From positions 8,473-72,472 of the forward strand of contig CAMYOD010000077.1 of NCBI GenBank assembly GCA_947259975.1: a stretch of DNA of 64,000 bases. The letters run 5' to 3'. Below, piece after piece: positions 1-7,325 of the stretch. A model generated the notes under the pieces. That model was not told the origin of the DNA and did not search any database. It saw only the letters and a list, made by a program, of their open reading frames with translations. Position 1 is the stretch's first letter, and each line of letters opens with the position of its first letter. The translations under genes and the position numbers were made by a program. This DNA is from an uncultured Gammaproteobacteria bacterium. Lineage in GTDB: Bacteria > Pseudomonadota > Gammaproteobacteria > HyVt-429.

Positions 1-1079
1 GTTCCGCCCTGTTTACCCGCGGTGAGACCCAGGCGCTGGTAGTGACCACGCTGGGCACGGCGCGGGATGCGCAGATCATCGATGCCCTGGAAGGCGAGCG
101 CAAGGATCCGTTCATGCTGCACTACAACTTCCCGCCGTTTTGTGTCGGTGAGACCGGCCGCGTCGGCAGCCCGAAGCGCCGCGAGATCGGCCACGGCCGC
201 CTGGCGCGTCGTGGCATCGGCGCGATATTGCCGGACATGGCCGAGTATCCCTATACCCTGCGGGTGGTCTCCGAGATCACCGAGTCCAACGGCTCCAGCT
301 CCATGGCCACGGTCTGCGGCACCAGCCTGTCGCTGATGGACGCGGGTGTGGCAGTGAAAGCACCGGTGGCCGGTGTGGCCATGGGTCTGATCAAGGAAGA
401 AGAGCGCTTTGCCGTGCTCACCGATATCCTCGGCGACGAGGATCACCTCGGCGACATGGACTTCAAGGTGGCGGGCACCACTGAAGGCATCACCGCGCTG
501 CAAATGGACATCAAGATCGAAGGCATCAACGAGGAGATCATGCGCACCGCGCTGACGCAGGCCCAGGCCGGCCGCCTGCATATCCTCGGTGAGATGGCGA
601 AAGTGATTTCCGAGCCGCGCGCGGAGATGTCCGATTACGCGCCGCAGGTGATCAGCATCCAGATTCCCACCGAGAAGATCCGCGACGTCATCGGCAAGGG
701 TGGCGCCACCATTCGCGGCATCTGCGAAGAGACCGGTGCGACCATCGATATCACCGACGACGGCACCGTGAAAATCGCCTCCGTCGACCGCAGCGCCGGC
801 GAAGAGGCCAAGCGCCGCGTCGAGCAGATCACCGCCGACGTGGAAGTGGGCATGGTCTACGAGGGCAAGGTCGCCAAGCTCATGGACTTCGGCGCGTTTG
901 TCACCATCCTGCCCGGCAAGGACGGGCTGGTGCACATCTCGCAGATCTCCAACGAGCGGGTCGAGAACGTCAGCGACAAGCTCAAGGAAGGTCAGGTCAT
1001 CAAGGTCAAGGTGCTGGAAGTGGACAAGCAGGGCCGCATCCGCCTCAGCATGAAGGCCGTGGATCAGGAAGCTGCCTGA
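1..1079 (+). CDS. pnp: Polynucleotide phosphorylase (PNPase), C-terminal part with KH and S1 domains. The 5' end lies upstream of the window.
   Basis: ORF 42..1079 matches the PNPase C-terminal half (…[29 protein letters not shown]… KH, then S1 '[28 protein letters not shown]'). The frame is open to the window edge. Confidence 0.9.
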   Translation, partial: SALFTRGETQALVVTTLGTARDAQIIDALEGERKDPFMLHYNFPPFCVGETGRVGSPKRREIGHGRLARRGIGAILPDMAEYPYTLRVVSEITESNGSSSMATVCGTSLSLMDAGVAVKAPVAGVAMGLIKEEERFAVLTDILGDEDHLGDMDFKVAGTTEGITALQMDIKIEGINEEIMRTALTQAQAGRLHILGEMAKVISEPRAEMSDYAPQVISIQIPTEKIRDVIGKGGATIRGICEETGATIDITDDGTVKIASVDRSAGEEAKRRVEQITADVEVGMVYEGKVAKLMDFGAFVTILPGKDGLVHISQISNERVENVSDKLKEGQVIKVKVLEVDKQGRIRLSMKAVDQEAA

Positions 1080-1116
1080 TCGGCGACGTTATATAGACAT
1101 TATATAAAGGAATACC

Positions 1117-1142
1117 AAAGGGGCCTGCGGGCCCCTTTTTTT
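1117..1142 (+). terminator. Rho-independent terminator of pnp
   Basis: GGGGCC-tgcg-GGCCCC stem followed by a T7 run directly after the pnp stop. Confidence 0.75.
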
Positions 1143-1144
1143 AT

Positions 1145-1170
1145 GGGGTCGGAGTGATCACTCCGACCCC
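1145..1170. repeat. REP element copy A (perfect 26-bp palindrome GGGGTCGGAGTGAT/ATCACTCCGACCCC)
   Basis: Head-to-head doublet of the GGGTCGGAGTGAT core. The same core recurs at 1704, 2448 (degenerate), 3250 (inverted) and 4007 (inverted). Confidence 0.7.
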
Positions 1171-1308
1171 TTTTTCTTACCAAGGCCGGGGTATATCGCG
1201 CATATTATTATGCACTAGTTTGTAAGCAGGAATCGATTCAGCTTTTAACATTAGGATATACATGATCCGTGCCCAACAATAGTATTGATGGAAAAAGAGA
1301 AGTTATAG

Positions 1309-1683
1309 ATGAACGAGCAAGGAATTAGTGCACTCTGGAATGCTTTGGTGCATAACGGGTTTATTTTTGTGCCCTCATTTATTCTGCTTACTGAAAACTA
1401 TACTGTAGCAATGATAGCTATATTGCTGACTGTGTTAGATTGGAAATTTAGTCGCCTAATTTTCCGAGCAAATGATCGAAGGACTGGCTTAAGTGTTTGG
1501 TTTTATGGAACGTTGAGTATTTCGATATTTGTTGTATGGGTGCTGTTAAGACTTCGTGAGCAAGGTCTTGAAAGAATCGAAGGAGTTGTCCTATATGTTT
1601 TTATCATTTATATGATCACATTAGCACTTTCGGCTATCTATCTTTTTGCTTACGCTGTTAAATATCAAGACGAGTTTGGATAA
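1309..1683 (+). CDS. Hypothetical small integral membrane protein (about 4 TM), probably horizontally acquired
   Basis: 124-aa ORF, strongly hydrophobic (FIFVPSFILL…, IAILLTVL…, LSISIFVVWVLL…, VFIIYMITLALSAIYLFAY). The segment 1180-1700 is about 33% GC against about 65% around it. REP copies flank it. Confidence 0.5.
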   Translation: MNEQGISALWNALVHNGFIFVPSFILLTENYTVAMIAILLTVLDWKFSRLIFRANDRRTGLSVWFYGTLSISIFVVWVLLRLREQGLERIEGVVLYVFIIYMITLALSAIYLFAYAVKYQDEFG

Positions 1684-1700
1684 TAAGAATGTGAAGAAAA

Positions 1701-1728
1701 AAAGGGTCGGAGTGATTTATTTTTAAGC
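1701..1728 (+). repeat. REP element copy B, followed by a duplicated RAYT 5' leader
   Basis: aaaGGGTCGGAGTGATTTATTTTTAAGC. The 90 bp at 1701-1791 are about 80% identical to 2441-2533, the REP plus leader of the intact RAYT. Confidence 0.65.
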
Positions 1729-1744
1729 AACCGCCGGGAAGGCG

Positions 1745-1835
1745 TATAGTAACGATTCGCTAACCTGCCATACGCAAAAGGAGTTGCGATGTACGTTCCT
1801 CAGGCCCGCCCCAGCCTTGGGCGAGTACTTCTCAT
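1745..1835 (+). pseudogene. Remnant of a RAYT 5' UTR and first codons (duplicated junk copy)
   Basis: '…ccgccgggaaggcgtatagtaacg…tacgcaaaaggagttgcgATGtacgttcc' parallels 'ccgccgggaaggcggatagtcaag…tacgcaaaaggatttgcgATGccacg…ATGtatctgcc' of the intact RAYT. No RAYT body follows. Confidence 0.4.
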
Positions 1836-1842
1836 TATACAT

Positions 1843-1877
1843 TTGACGTACTACGCGACGCGTAGTACGCTTTACTC
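1843..1877 (+). promoter_or_regulatory. higBA promoter with a perfect operator palindrome
   Basis: TTGACG (-35-like) then GTACTACGCG-a-CGCGTAGTAC (10-bp perfect inverted repeat), then a TTTACT-like -10 just before the higB GTG start. This is a typical autoregulatory HigA operator arrangement. Confidence 0.5.
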
Positions 1878-2165
1878 GTGATCAAGTCGTGGGCGAACCG
1901 CGCCAGTGAGCGCCTGTACCAGCACGGCAAGGTGACGCGGTTTCGTGGCATGGATGTCGCCTGGGCGCTGGATTTATTGGCCGTGCTCGACGCTGCCACC
2001 TCGCTGGATGACATCAGTCCGTTGCGGAGTATCGGGCTGCATAAGACCAAAGGCGATCGCAAAGGGCAGTGGGCGATGACGATCAATGGCCCGTGGCGCA
2101 TCTGTTTCCGGTTTCGCGCCGGCGATGCGTACGACGTCGAAGTGGTGGATTATCACAGAGGTTAG
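1878..2165 (+). CDS. higB: HigB toxin (RelE/ParE-superfamily mRNA interferase; 'plasmid maintenance system killer')
   Basis: 95 aa; 'KGDRKGQWAMTINGPWRICFRFRAGDAYDVEVVDYH' matches the HigB (COG3549) C-terminal signature. GTG start. The antitoxin gene lies immediately downstream. Confidence 0.85.
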   Translation: MIKSWANRASERLYQHGKVTRFRGMDVAWALDLLAVLDAATSLDDISPLRSIGLHKTKGDRKGQWAMTINGPWRICFRFRAGDAYDVEVVDYHRG

Positions 2166-2170
2166 CAAAG

Positions 2171-2440
2171 ATGGTGGCAGTACATCCGGGACAGATCCTT
2201 AAGCGGGAGTTGGCCGCGCGTGAGTTGTCGGCCAACCGTCTGGCGTTGGCCTTGCACGTGCCCTCGGGGCGGATTACCTCGATCCTCAATGGTAAGCGCG
2301 CGATTAGCCCAGAGACCGCGCTGCGGCTGGCGCGCTATTTCGGCAACAGCGCGCAGTTCTGGATGAATCTGCAGACCCGGTACGATCTCGCCGTGGCAGA
2401 GCGCGAGGTGGGTGAACGGATCGAAGCCGAGGTTGGTTAA
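2171..2440 (+). CDS. higA: HigA antitoxin (HTH-XRE)
   Basis: 89 aa MVAVHPGQILKRELAARELSANRLALALHVPSGRITSILNGKRAISPETALRLARYFGNSAQFWMNLQTRYDL is the canonical HigA/VapI fold. It starts 6 nt after the higB stop. Confidence 0.85.
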   Translation: MVAVHPGQILKRELAARELSANRLALALHVPSGRITSILNGKRAISPETALRLARYFGNSAQFWMNLQTRYDLAVAEREVGERIEAEVG

Positions 2441-2470
2441 AAAAGAGGTCAGAGTGATTTATTTTTAAGC
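2441..2470 (+). repeat. REP element copy C (5' flank of the RAYT)
   Basis: aaaaGAGGTCAGAGTGATTTATTTTTAAGC, a degenerate copy of the core, about 60 bp upstream of the RAYT start. Confidence 0.65.
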
Positions 2471-2530
2471 AACCGCCGGGAAGGCGGATAGTCAAGATCT
2501 ATCATCATACCGTACGCAAAAGGATTTGCG

Positions 2531-3241
2531 ATGCCACGAAAACCACGCATGTATCTGCCGGGGATTCCGGCCCACGTCGTGCAACGCGGTCATAATCGCG
2601 AGGCGTGCTTCTTCGCCCACGACGATTACACCTACTATCTCGAAGTCCTGGCACAGGGCTGCCGGCGTTATGACGTAGCGGTACATGCCTATTGCCTGAT
2701 GACCAATCACGTGCACCTGCTGCTCACACCGGCGCACGCCGATGTCGGCATCTCCCAGGTGATGCAGCACGTCGGGCGACTCTACGTGGCCTATATCAAC
2801 CGCACCTACCGCCACAGCGGCTCGCTGCGGGAAGGTCGACACAAGGCCAGTCTGGTGGAGGCGGACCGCTATTTATTGGCGTGCTACCGCTACATCGAAT
2901 TGAACCCGGTGGCGGCCAATATGGTTCAGACGCCGGAGCAATACCGTTGGTCGAGTTACACCTATCATGCACGGGGTACGCCGGATACGCTTGTCACCGA
3001 GCATGCAATCTACACGAGTCTCGGGGAAACCCCGGAAATGCGGCAACGGGTCTACCGGGGGTTGTTCGAAGATCGCCTTCCCGGTGCCGACATTCATGAC
3101 ATCCGGGCCGCGCTTGCATTTAATCATCCGCTCGGCAACGATCGTTTTCGGGGACAGATTGAGCGGGCGCTGGGCCGGTCGGTTGGCGAGAAGCAGCGGG
3201 GGCGGCCGCGGGCAGACCTGGCGGATAACGAATCTGCCTAA
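2531..3241 (+). CDS. REP-associated tyrosine transposase (RAYT / TnpA_REP, IS200-like HUH enzyme)
   Basis: 236 aa; HUH motif 'LMTNHVHLLLTP', catalytic Tyr region 'QYRWSSYTYHARG'; the flanking REPs are in inverted orientation. Confidence 0.85.
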   Translation: MPRKPRMYLPGIPAHVVQRGHNREACFFAHDDYTYYLEVLAQGCRRYDVAVHAYCLMTNHVHLLLTPAHADVGISQVMQHVGRLYVAYINRTYRHSGSLREGRHKASLVEADRYLLACYRYIELNPVAANMVQTPEQYRWSSYTYHARGTPDTLVTEHAIYTSLGETPEMRQRVYRGLFEDRLPGADIHDIRAALAFNHPLGNDRFRGQIERALGRSVGEKQRGRPRADLADNESA

Positions 3242-3266
3242 AAATAGATCACTCCGACCCCTTTTC
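3235..3266 (-). repeat. REP element copy D (3' flank of the RAYT, inverted)
   Basis: GCCTAAAAATAGATCACTCCGACCCCTTTT is the reverse complement of the core unit. It overlaps the RAYT stop codon. Confidence 0.7.
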
Positions 3267-3299
3267 CACTGACACCGATTCCGTTAGGATCGACCGCCG

Positions 3300-3926
3300 A
3301 TGGGCACGAAACACTACAAGACCAGTCAGGAAGAATTCTGGGCCGGTGACTTCGGCGACGAATACGTCGAAAGAATCACCGGTGACGAATGGGTTGCCAG
3401 CAACATCGCGCTGTTTTCACGAATTTTTCGCACAACTGAGCGATTTGATACGCTGCTTGAGCTCGGCGCCAATATCGGCCTCAATCTTCGTTCGCTCAAA
3501 ACCCTGTTTCCATCATTGACCATGGACGCCGTCGAGATCAACAGTCAGGCGGCTGCAGCGCTGAAGCAGATCGACGGTATCGGTACCGTCTACAACGACT
3601 CGATTCTGGATGTGAGCCTGGATAAACAATACGAGGTCGTACTGATCAAAGGCGTATTGATCCACATCAATCCGGATGAACTGAACAGAGTGTATGAGAA
3701 AATATACAACTCGACGTCGCGGTATATCGTGCTGGCGGAGTATTACAACCCCACGCCCGTCGAGGTGCCGTATCGGGGTCACGAAGGTAAGCTCTTCAAG
3801 AGAGACTTTGCCGGCGAGATGCTGGACCGCTACCCTGATCTTTCAGTCGTGGATTACGGTTTCGTCTGGCATCGCGACGTGCATTTTCCGCAGGATGACT
3901 GTACCTGGTTTGTATTGAGCAAGTAA
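3300..3926 (+). CDS. Class I SAM-dependent methyltransferase (resembles the methylases found in pseudaminic-acid/glycan clusters)
   Basis: 208 aa; motif I 'LLELGANIGLNL', acidic motif II 'VVLIKGVLIHI'. Sits between REP copies D and E. Confidence 0.65.
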   Translation: MGTKHYKTSQEEFWAGDFGDEYVERITGDEWVASNIALFSRIFRTTERFDTLLELGANIGLNLRSLKTLFPSLTMDAVEINSQAAAALKQIDGIGTVYNDSILDVSLDKQYEVVLIKGVLIHINPDELNRVYEKIYNSTSRYIVLAEYYNPTPVEVPYRGHEGKLFKRDFAGEMLDRYPDLSVVDYGFVWHRDVHFPQDDCTWFVLSK

Positions 3927-3993
3927 GAATCTCGCGCGCGCATCAGCGCCCCGCGTCGAGCGGTATAGGTGACGGCGCGGGACCGCCGGGACT

Positions 3994-4024
3994 GCCTAAA
4001 AATAAATCACTCCGACCCCTTTAA
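3994..4024 (-). repeat. REP element copy E (inverted)
   Basis: GCCTAAAAATAAATCACTCCGACCCCTTTAA. It overlaps the stop of the 63-aa minus-strand ORF. Confidence 0.7.
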
Positions 4025-4212
4025 GCCGTCGAGATCCTAAAAGGTACGCAGGCCGCCTCGCTGGTCGAGACATCGACCGCGGCGGGGGTCGCGTGCTCCG
4101 CCTTGACTGGTGCGGCTTGTTTTAAGTATTGAGTCGACTCGCTGGATACGGGCATCAGAAACGCCAGCAGCAATGCCGCGCCGAGGAAGGAAAAAAGCAT
4201 GCGCTCGCCCAT
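4021..4212 (-). CDS. Hypothetical small secreted protein (signal peptide plus about 40-aa mature part)
   Basis: 63 aa MGERMLFSFLGAALLLAFLMPVSSE… N-terminal hydrophobic h-region. GGAGAT SD 8 nt upstream. No homology recognised. Confidence 0.3.
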   Translation of the reverse strand: MGERMLFSFLGAALLLAFLMPVSSESTQYLKQAAPVKAEHATPAAVDVSTSEAACVPFRISTA

Positions 4213-4315
4213 GTTGTTATCTCCGCGTAGAAGGGGTGTATTGCAGGTTATCGGCCTCGAGCGGAGAATCTTGAGCCGATCCTAAGCCTCTGTTTGCAAA
4301 ACGATATCCGCGGCG

Positions 4316-4816
4316 CTAGCGAATCTCCTCGGTGGCAAATTGCTTGTCGAGGATCTGCGGGCGTATGACCGCATAGCCCTGTAGCTGCCAATGCGCGAGT
4401 TCGGTGATGGCCGACGGCACCACCTCGACGAAGTCGTGAAAGTCCGCAAGCTCGTAGTCGAAATCTGCCGCCGCCAGGGCGCACACTTTGAAGGTAACGC
4501 CCAGTTCAACCCAGTAGCGCATGCGATCGACCGCGGCCTTGTATTTAGGGTAGTTCTTCTTGGCCAGGGTGACGATCTCGGTGCCGTGTATCAGCACCTT
4601 GATGTCGTTGAAGTCGGGTGGAATGTTGTAGGGTTCTTCGGTGAGCGGATTAGCCAGGGAGCGAATCCAATAGAGGGCGGAATTAATGTCCTGCGGGTTG
4701 TTGAAATAGAAGTCGAACACGACCTTCTGTGCGCGGTAGGGGGTTTCCACGAGCTCGGCGGCCGGGCAGATCGACAGATACAGGAATGCAAGAACAAAAA
4801 AGACGGGCCTTTTCAT
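4316..4816 (-). CDS. Secreted DsrE/DsrF-like family protein (tentative)
   Basis: 166 aa; signal peptide MKRPVFFVLAFLYLSICPAAE; AAGGAGGA SD; core 'KVVFDFYFNNPQDINSALYWIRSLAN…IKVLIHGTEIV…FKVCALAAADF' resembles the DsrE/DsrF (PF02635-like) fold, but I cannot confirm without a profile search. Confidence 0.45.
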   Translation of the reverse strand: MKRPVFFVLAFLYLSICPAAELVETPYRAQKVVFDFYFNNPQDINSALYWIRSLANPLTEEPYNIPPDFNDIKVLIHGTEIVTLAKKNYPKYKAAVDRMRYWVELGVTFKVCALAAADFDYELADFHDFVEVVPSAITELAHWQLQGYAVIRPQILDKQFATEEIR

Positions 4817-5003
4817 ATGCTTCCTCCTTGGCGGTCGACGATGTAATGCGCCAGGCGTAGCGCAATTCTACCGCACGAAATAGCTCGCGCTTGCGAGGGT
4901 GCGGGACCGCAGTTCTCGTGGTCGTTGAATCCCGCGCCTGTCGATCGACCAGATGCTCGACAGGAACGGCGCGATAGCGCCGGCGGTTTCCTTCGGATAC
5001 GAA

Positions 5004-5114
5004 TTAGATCGTCAGGTCGTCGTAGTGATCGCCTTCCACCACATAGAGTTTGCCGGCGAGATCCGCGATATCGTTACTGCCGATAGGTTGGGTGGTGCAC
5101 AATCTGTGGAACAT
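5004..5114 (-). CDS. Candidate 36-aa small ORF with a consensus Shine-Dalgarno
   Basis: MFHRLCTTQPIGSNDIADLAGKLYVVEGDHYDDLTI; GGAGGA 7 nt upstream of the ATG. It lies between the terminator of the DUF11 gene and the DsrE-like gene. Confidence 0.3.
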   Translation of the reverse strand: MFHRLCTTQPIGSNDIADLAGKLYVVEGDHYDDLTI

Positions 5115-5189
5115 AATGCTGTCCTCCATTGCGCGCGCGACGGAAACACCAACATACAATACCTGACAAAAATAGTCAAGATAAGAGCC

Positions 5190-5238
5190 AAAAAAGGGGT
5201 CGCCGCCCCGCGCCCGATCGGGCAGGGCGACGACCCCG
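5190..5238 (-). terminator. Rho-independent terminator of the DUF11-repeat gene (minus strand)
   Basis: On the minus strand: GGGGTCGTCGCC…GGCGGCGACCCC hairpin followed by TTTTTT. Confidence 0.7.
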
Positions 5239-5256
5239 TTGGCGTTATTGTGTGCC

Positions 5257-7056
5257 TCAGTTCAGTGGGCAGTCACCGGCTTCGTTCAGGCCGTTGAGTT
5301 CCTCTTCCGTTGCCAGCATGGTCGCACGATCGCCGCTCGCCAAGGCAGCGTTGACCTGCGCGATCACCTGCGCCGGCGAGCGCGGGAAGCCCACGTTCGG
5401 ATGCGCCGCATTCAGCAGCGAGGCGGTGGTGTTGCGTAACAGAATGCGGCTTGCGCCGTCCACGCCCTTGCCGCCCTTGAATTTCAGGGCCTGCTTCAAA
5501 GTGGCGGCGCCGGCGGCGTAGGGTGCCGCGGCAACAAACACATCGGCGACAATATCGCTCGGCGCATAGCCCGTCGGCGGCCAGGAATCGAGATGGTTCT
5601 TCCAATAGCCGTGGGTGCAGCCCTCACCGGCGCCGCGGGGTGCACCGTAGTAATGGCTCGGGTCCTCGTCGTTCACGGTGACCGTGTCGCTGGTGGCCGT
5701 AACCGTTCCGAGATTTGCATATTGGCCGACGACCGCGAGACCGTTGGCGATACAGGTCATCGCCTGAGTCGGCGTCAACGCCGACGCCGGACAGCTGACG
5801 GCCACGCCCTGGTTGTCCAGCACCGTCACGTTCTGCAGTGGCACGTTACCGGTATTGGTGACCACATAGGTCCAGGTGACCGGATCGCCCTCGATGATCG
5901 TCGGGCCCGGGGCGGCGTCGGCGTCATGCCCGTTGGTGGCCTTCTCGATGTCGATGGCCGGCTGCGCGGGAACCACCCCGGTGTAGTGACTCGGGTCACT
6001 GTCGTTGACCTCCACCTCGCGGGCGAAGCCGATGGCGGTACCGATGTTCGCATAGGAGCCCTCCACGGCAGTGCCGCCGGCGGTACAGGTCATGGATGCG
6101 GACGGGGCCAGCGAGGATGCTGGACAACTCACGGATACACCCTGATTGTCGAGCACTTCAATGCCGGTAAGGACCACATCACCCACGTTTTCGACCACGT
6201 AGGTCCAGGTGACCGGATCGCCCACCGGAATTGACGGTCCCGGGCCAACGTCGGCGTCGTGCCCATTGGTGGCCTTTTCGATATCGATGGCGGGATTGCC
6301 TGGCTCGATGCCTTCGTAGTGGCTGTAATCGTTGTCTTGCACCGGATCGCCGTCCGGACTTTCCGCGCTCACGGTGCCCATGTTTTCGTAGGGGCCGAGT
6401 ACCGCGGTGCCGTTCGCCGTACAGGTCATCGACGTGTTCGGGTCCAGCCAATCCGTCGGACAGTTGGCTGGCACGGCTAACGCGCCCAATTGATCGTCGA
6501 CCACAGATATGAATAGCAGGGTCGTATCACCGATGTTGGATACCTCGTAGGTCCAGGTGACGTTATCGCCGACCGGGATCGTAGGGCCAGGCGGCAGATC
6601 CGCATCGTGGCCGTTGGTGAATTTTTCCAGATGCACCGCCGGGTTGCCGCCAATGGTACCGACGTAATAGTGACTCGGGTCGCTGTCGCTCACCTCAGTT
6701 TCCGCAGCGGAGGCGACAACCGACCCCAGGTTATGATACTGGCCGCGTACCGCCCAGCCCACCAACGTGCAGGTCATGCTCTCATTCACCAACAGGATCG
6801 TCTTGGGGCAGAACACGGCGCCTTCCTTGTCATCACTGACCGTGATCTCTGAAAGGTCCACATCCCCGGTGTTGCGCACGATGTAGGACCAAGTGACCGT
6901 GTCACCTTGGGCCAGGGTCGGCCCGGGCGCGGTGTCGGCGTCGTAGCCGTTGGTGAGTTTTTCGATTTCCACGCCGGGCGCTGCCAACGCGGCAGCCTGC
7001 ACGAAGATCAAGATTATTGCGGATAGAATTGACAGCGATAAACGGATAGCATTCAT
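5257..7056 (-). CDS. Secreted protein with four tandem DUF11 ('conserved repeat domain', TIGR01451-type) modules and a Cys-containing C-terminal domain
   Basis: 599 aa; signal peptide MNAIRLSLSILSAIILIFVQAAALA. Four repeats of about 115 aa with an identical scaffold 'IEKxTNGxDADxxPGPTIxxGDxVTWTYxVxNxGxVxLxxIxVxDNQGVxVSCPxxxLxPxxxMTCTAxGxAxxGxYxNxGT…DxDPSHY'. C-terminus '…GCTHGYWKNH…EAGDCPLN'. Confidence 0.8.
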   Translation of the reverse strand: MNAIRLSLSILSAIILIFVQAAALAAPGVEIEKLTNGYDADTAPGPTLAQGDTVTWSYIVRNTGDVDLSEITVSDDKEGAVFCPKTILLVNESMTCTLVGWAVRGQYHNLGSVVASAAETEVSDSDPSHYYVGTIGGNPAVHLEKFTNGHDADLPPGPTIPVGDNVTWTYEVSNIGDTTLLFISVVDDQLGALAVPANCPTDWLDPNTSMTCTANGTAVLGPYENMGTVSAESPDGDPVQDNDYSHYEGIEPGNPAIDIEKATNGHDADVGPGPSIPVGDPVTWTYVVENVGDVVLTGIEVLDNQGVSVSCPASSLAPSASMTCTAGGTAVEGSYANIGTAIGFAREVEVNDSDPSHYTGVVPAQPAIDIEKATNGHDADAAPGPTIIEGDPVTWTYVVTNTGNVPLQNVTVLDNQGVAVSCPASALTPTQAMTCIANGLAVVGQYANLGTVTATSDTVTVNDEDPSHYYGAPRGAGEGCTHGYWKNHLDSWPPTGYAPSDIVADVFVAAAPYAAGAATLKQALKFKGGKGVDGASRILLRNTTASLLNAAHPNVGFPRSPAQVIAQVNAALASGDRATMLATEEELNGLNEAGDCPLN

Positions 7057-7325
7057 TTGCCTGGCCCCCGTGATCTGTGCTTCGCCGTGTCTGCATCGAC
7101 GCGCGGCGTCTGCGTAGTTATTCGTACCGAACCGATTATATAATAATAATGATTACAATTACCTTGCTATCGATCCTTGATGTCGGTCAACCGCGAAAGG
7201 CGCCAAACCGTTGACGCGGCCGCCGATCCTTGCGCCGGTAAACGCACTGAAATCTTTCGTCGGGTATTGCATGTTCAGGCAGCCTCGCGGACTCACTAGC
7301 ATCGCGGCCAAGGAGTGATCGGACC

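Noticed and set aside
1100-4030. Interpretation of the GGGTCGGAGTGAT repeats as integron attC sites / a gene-cassette array
   Set aside because: There is no intI integrase or attI nearby. The repeats lack the R''-L''/L'-R' GTTRRRY core architecture, and two copies flank an IS200-like HUH transposase in inverted orientation, which is the defining REP/RAYT (REPIN) pattern.
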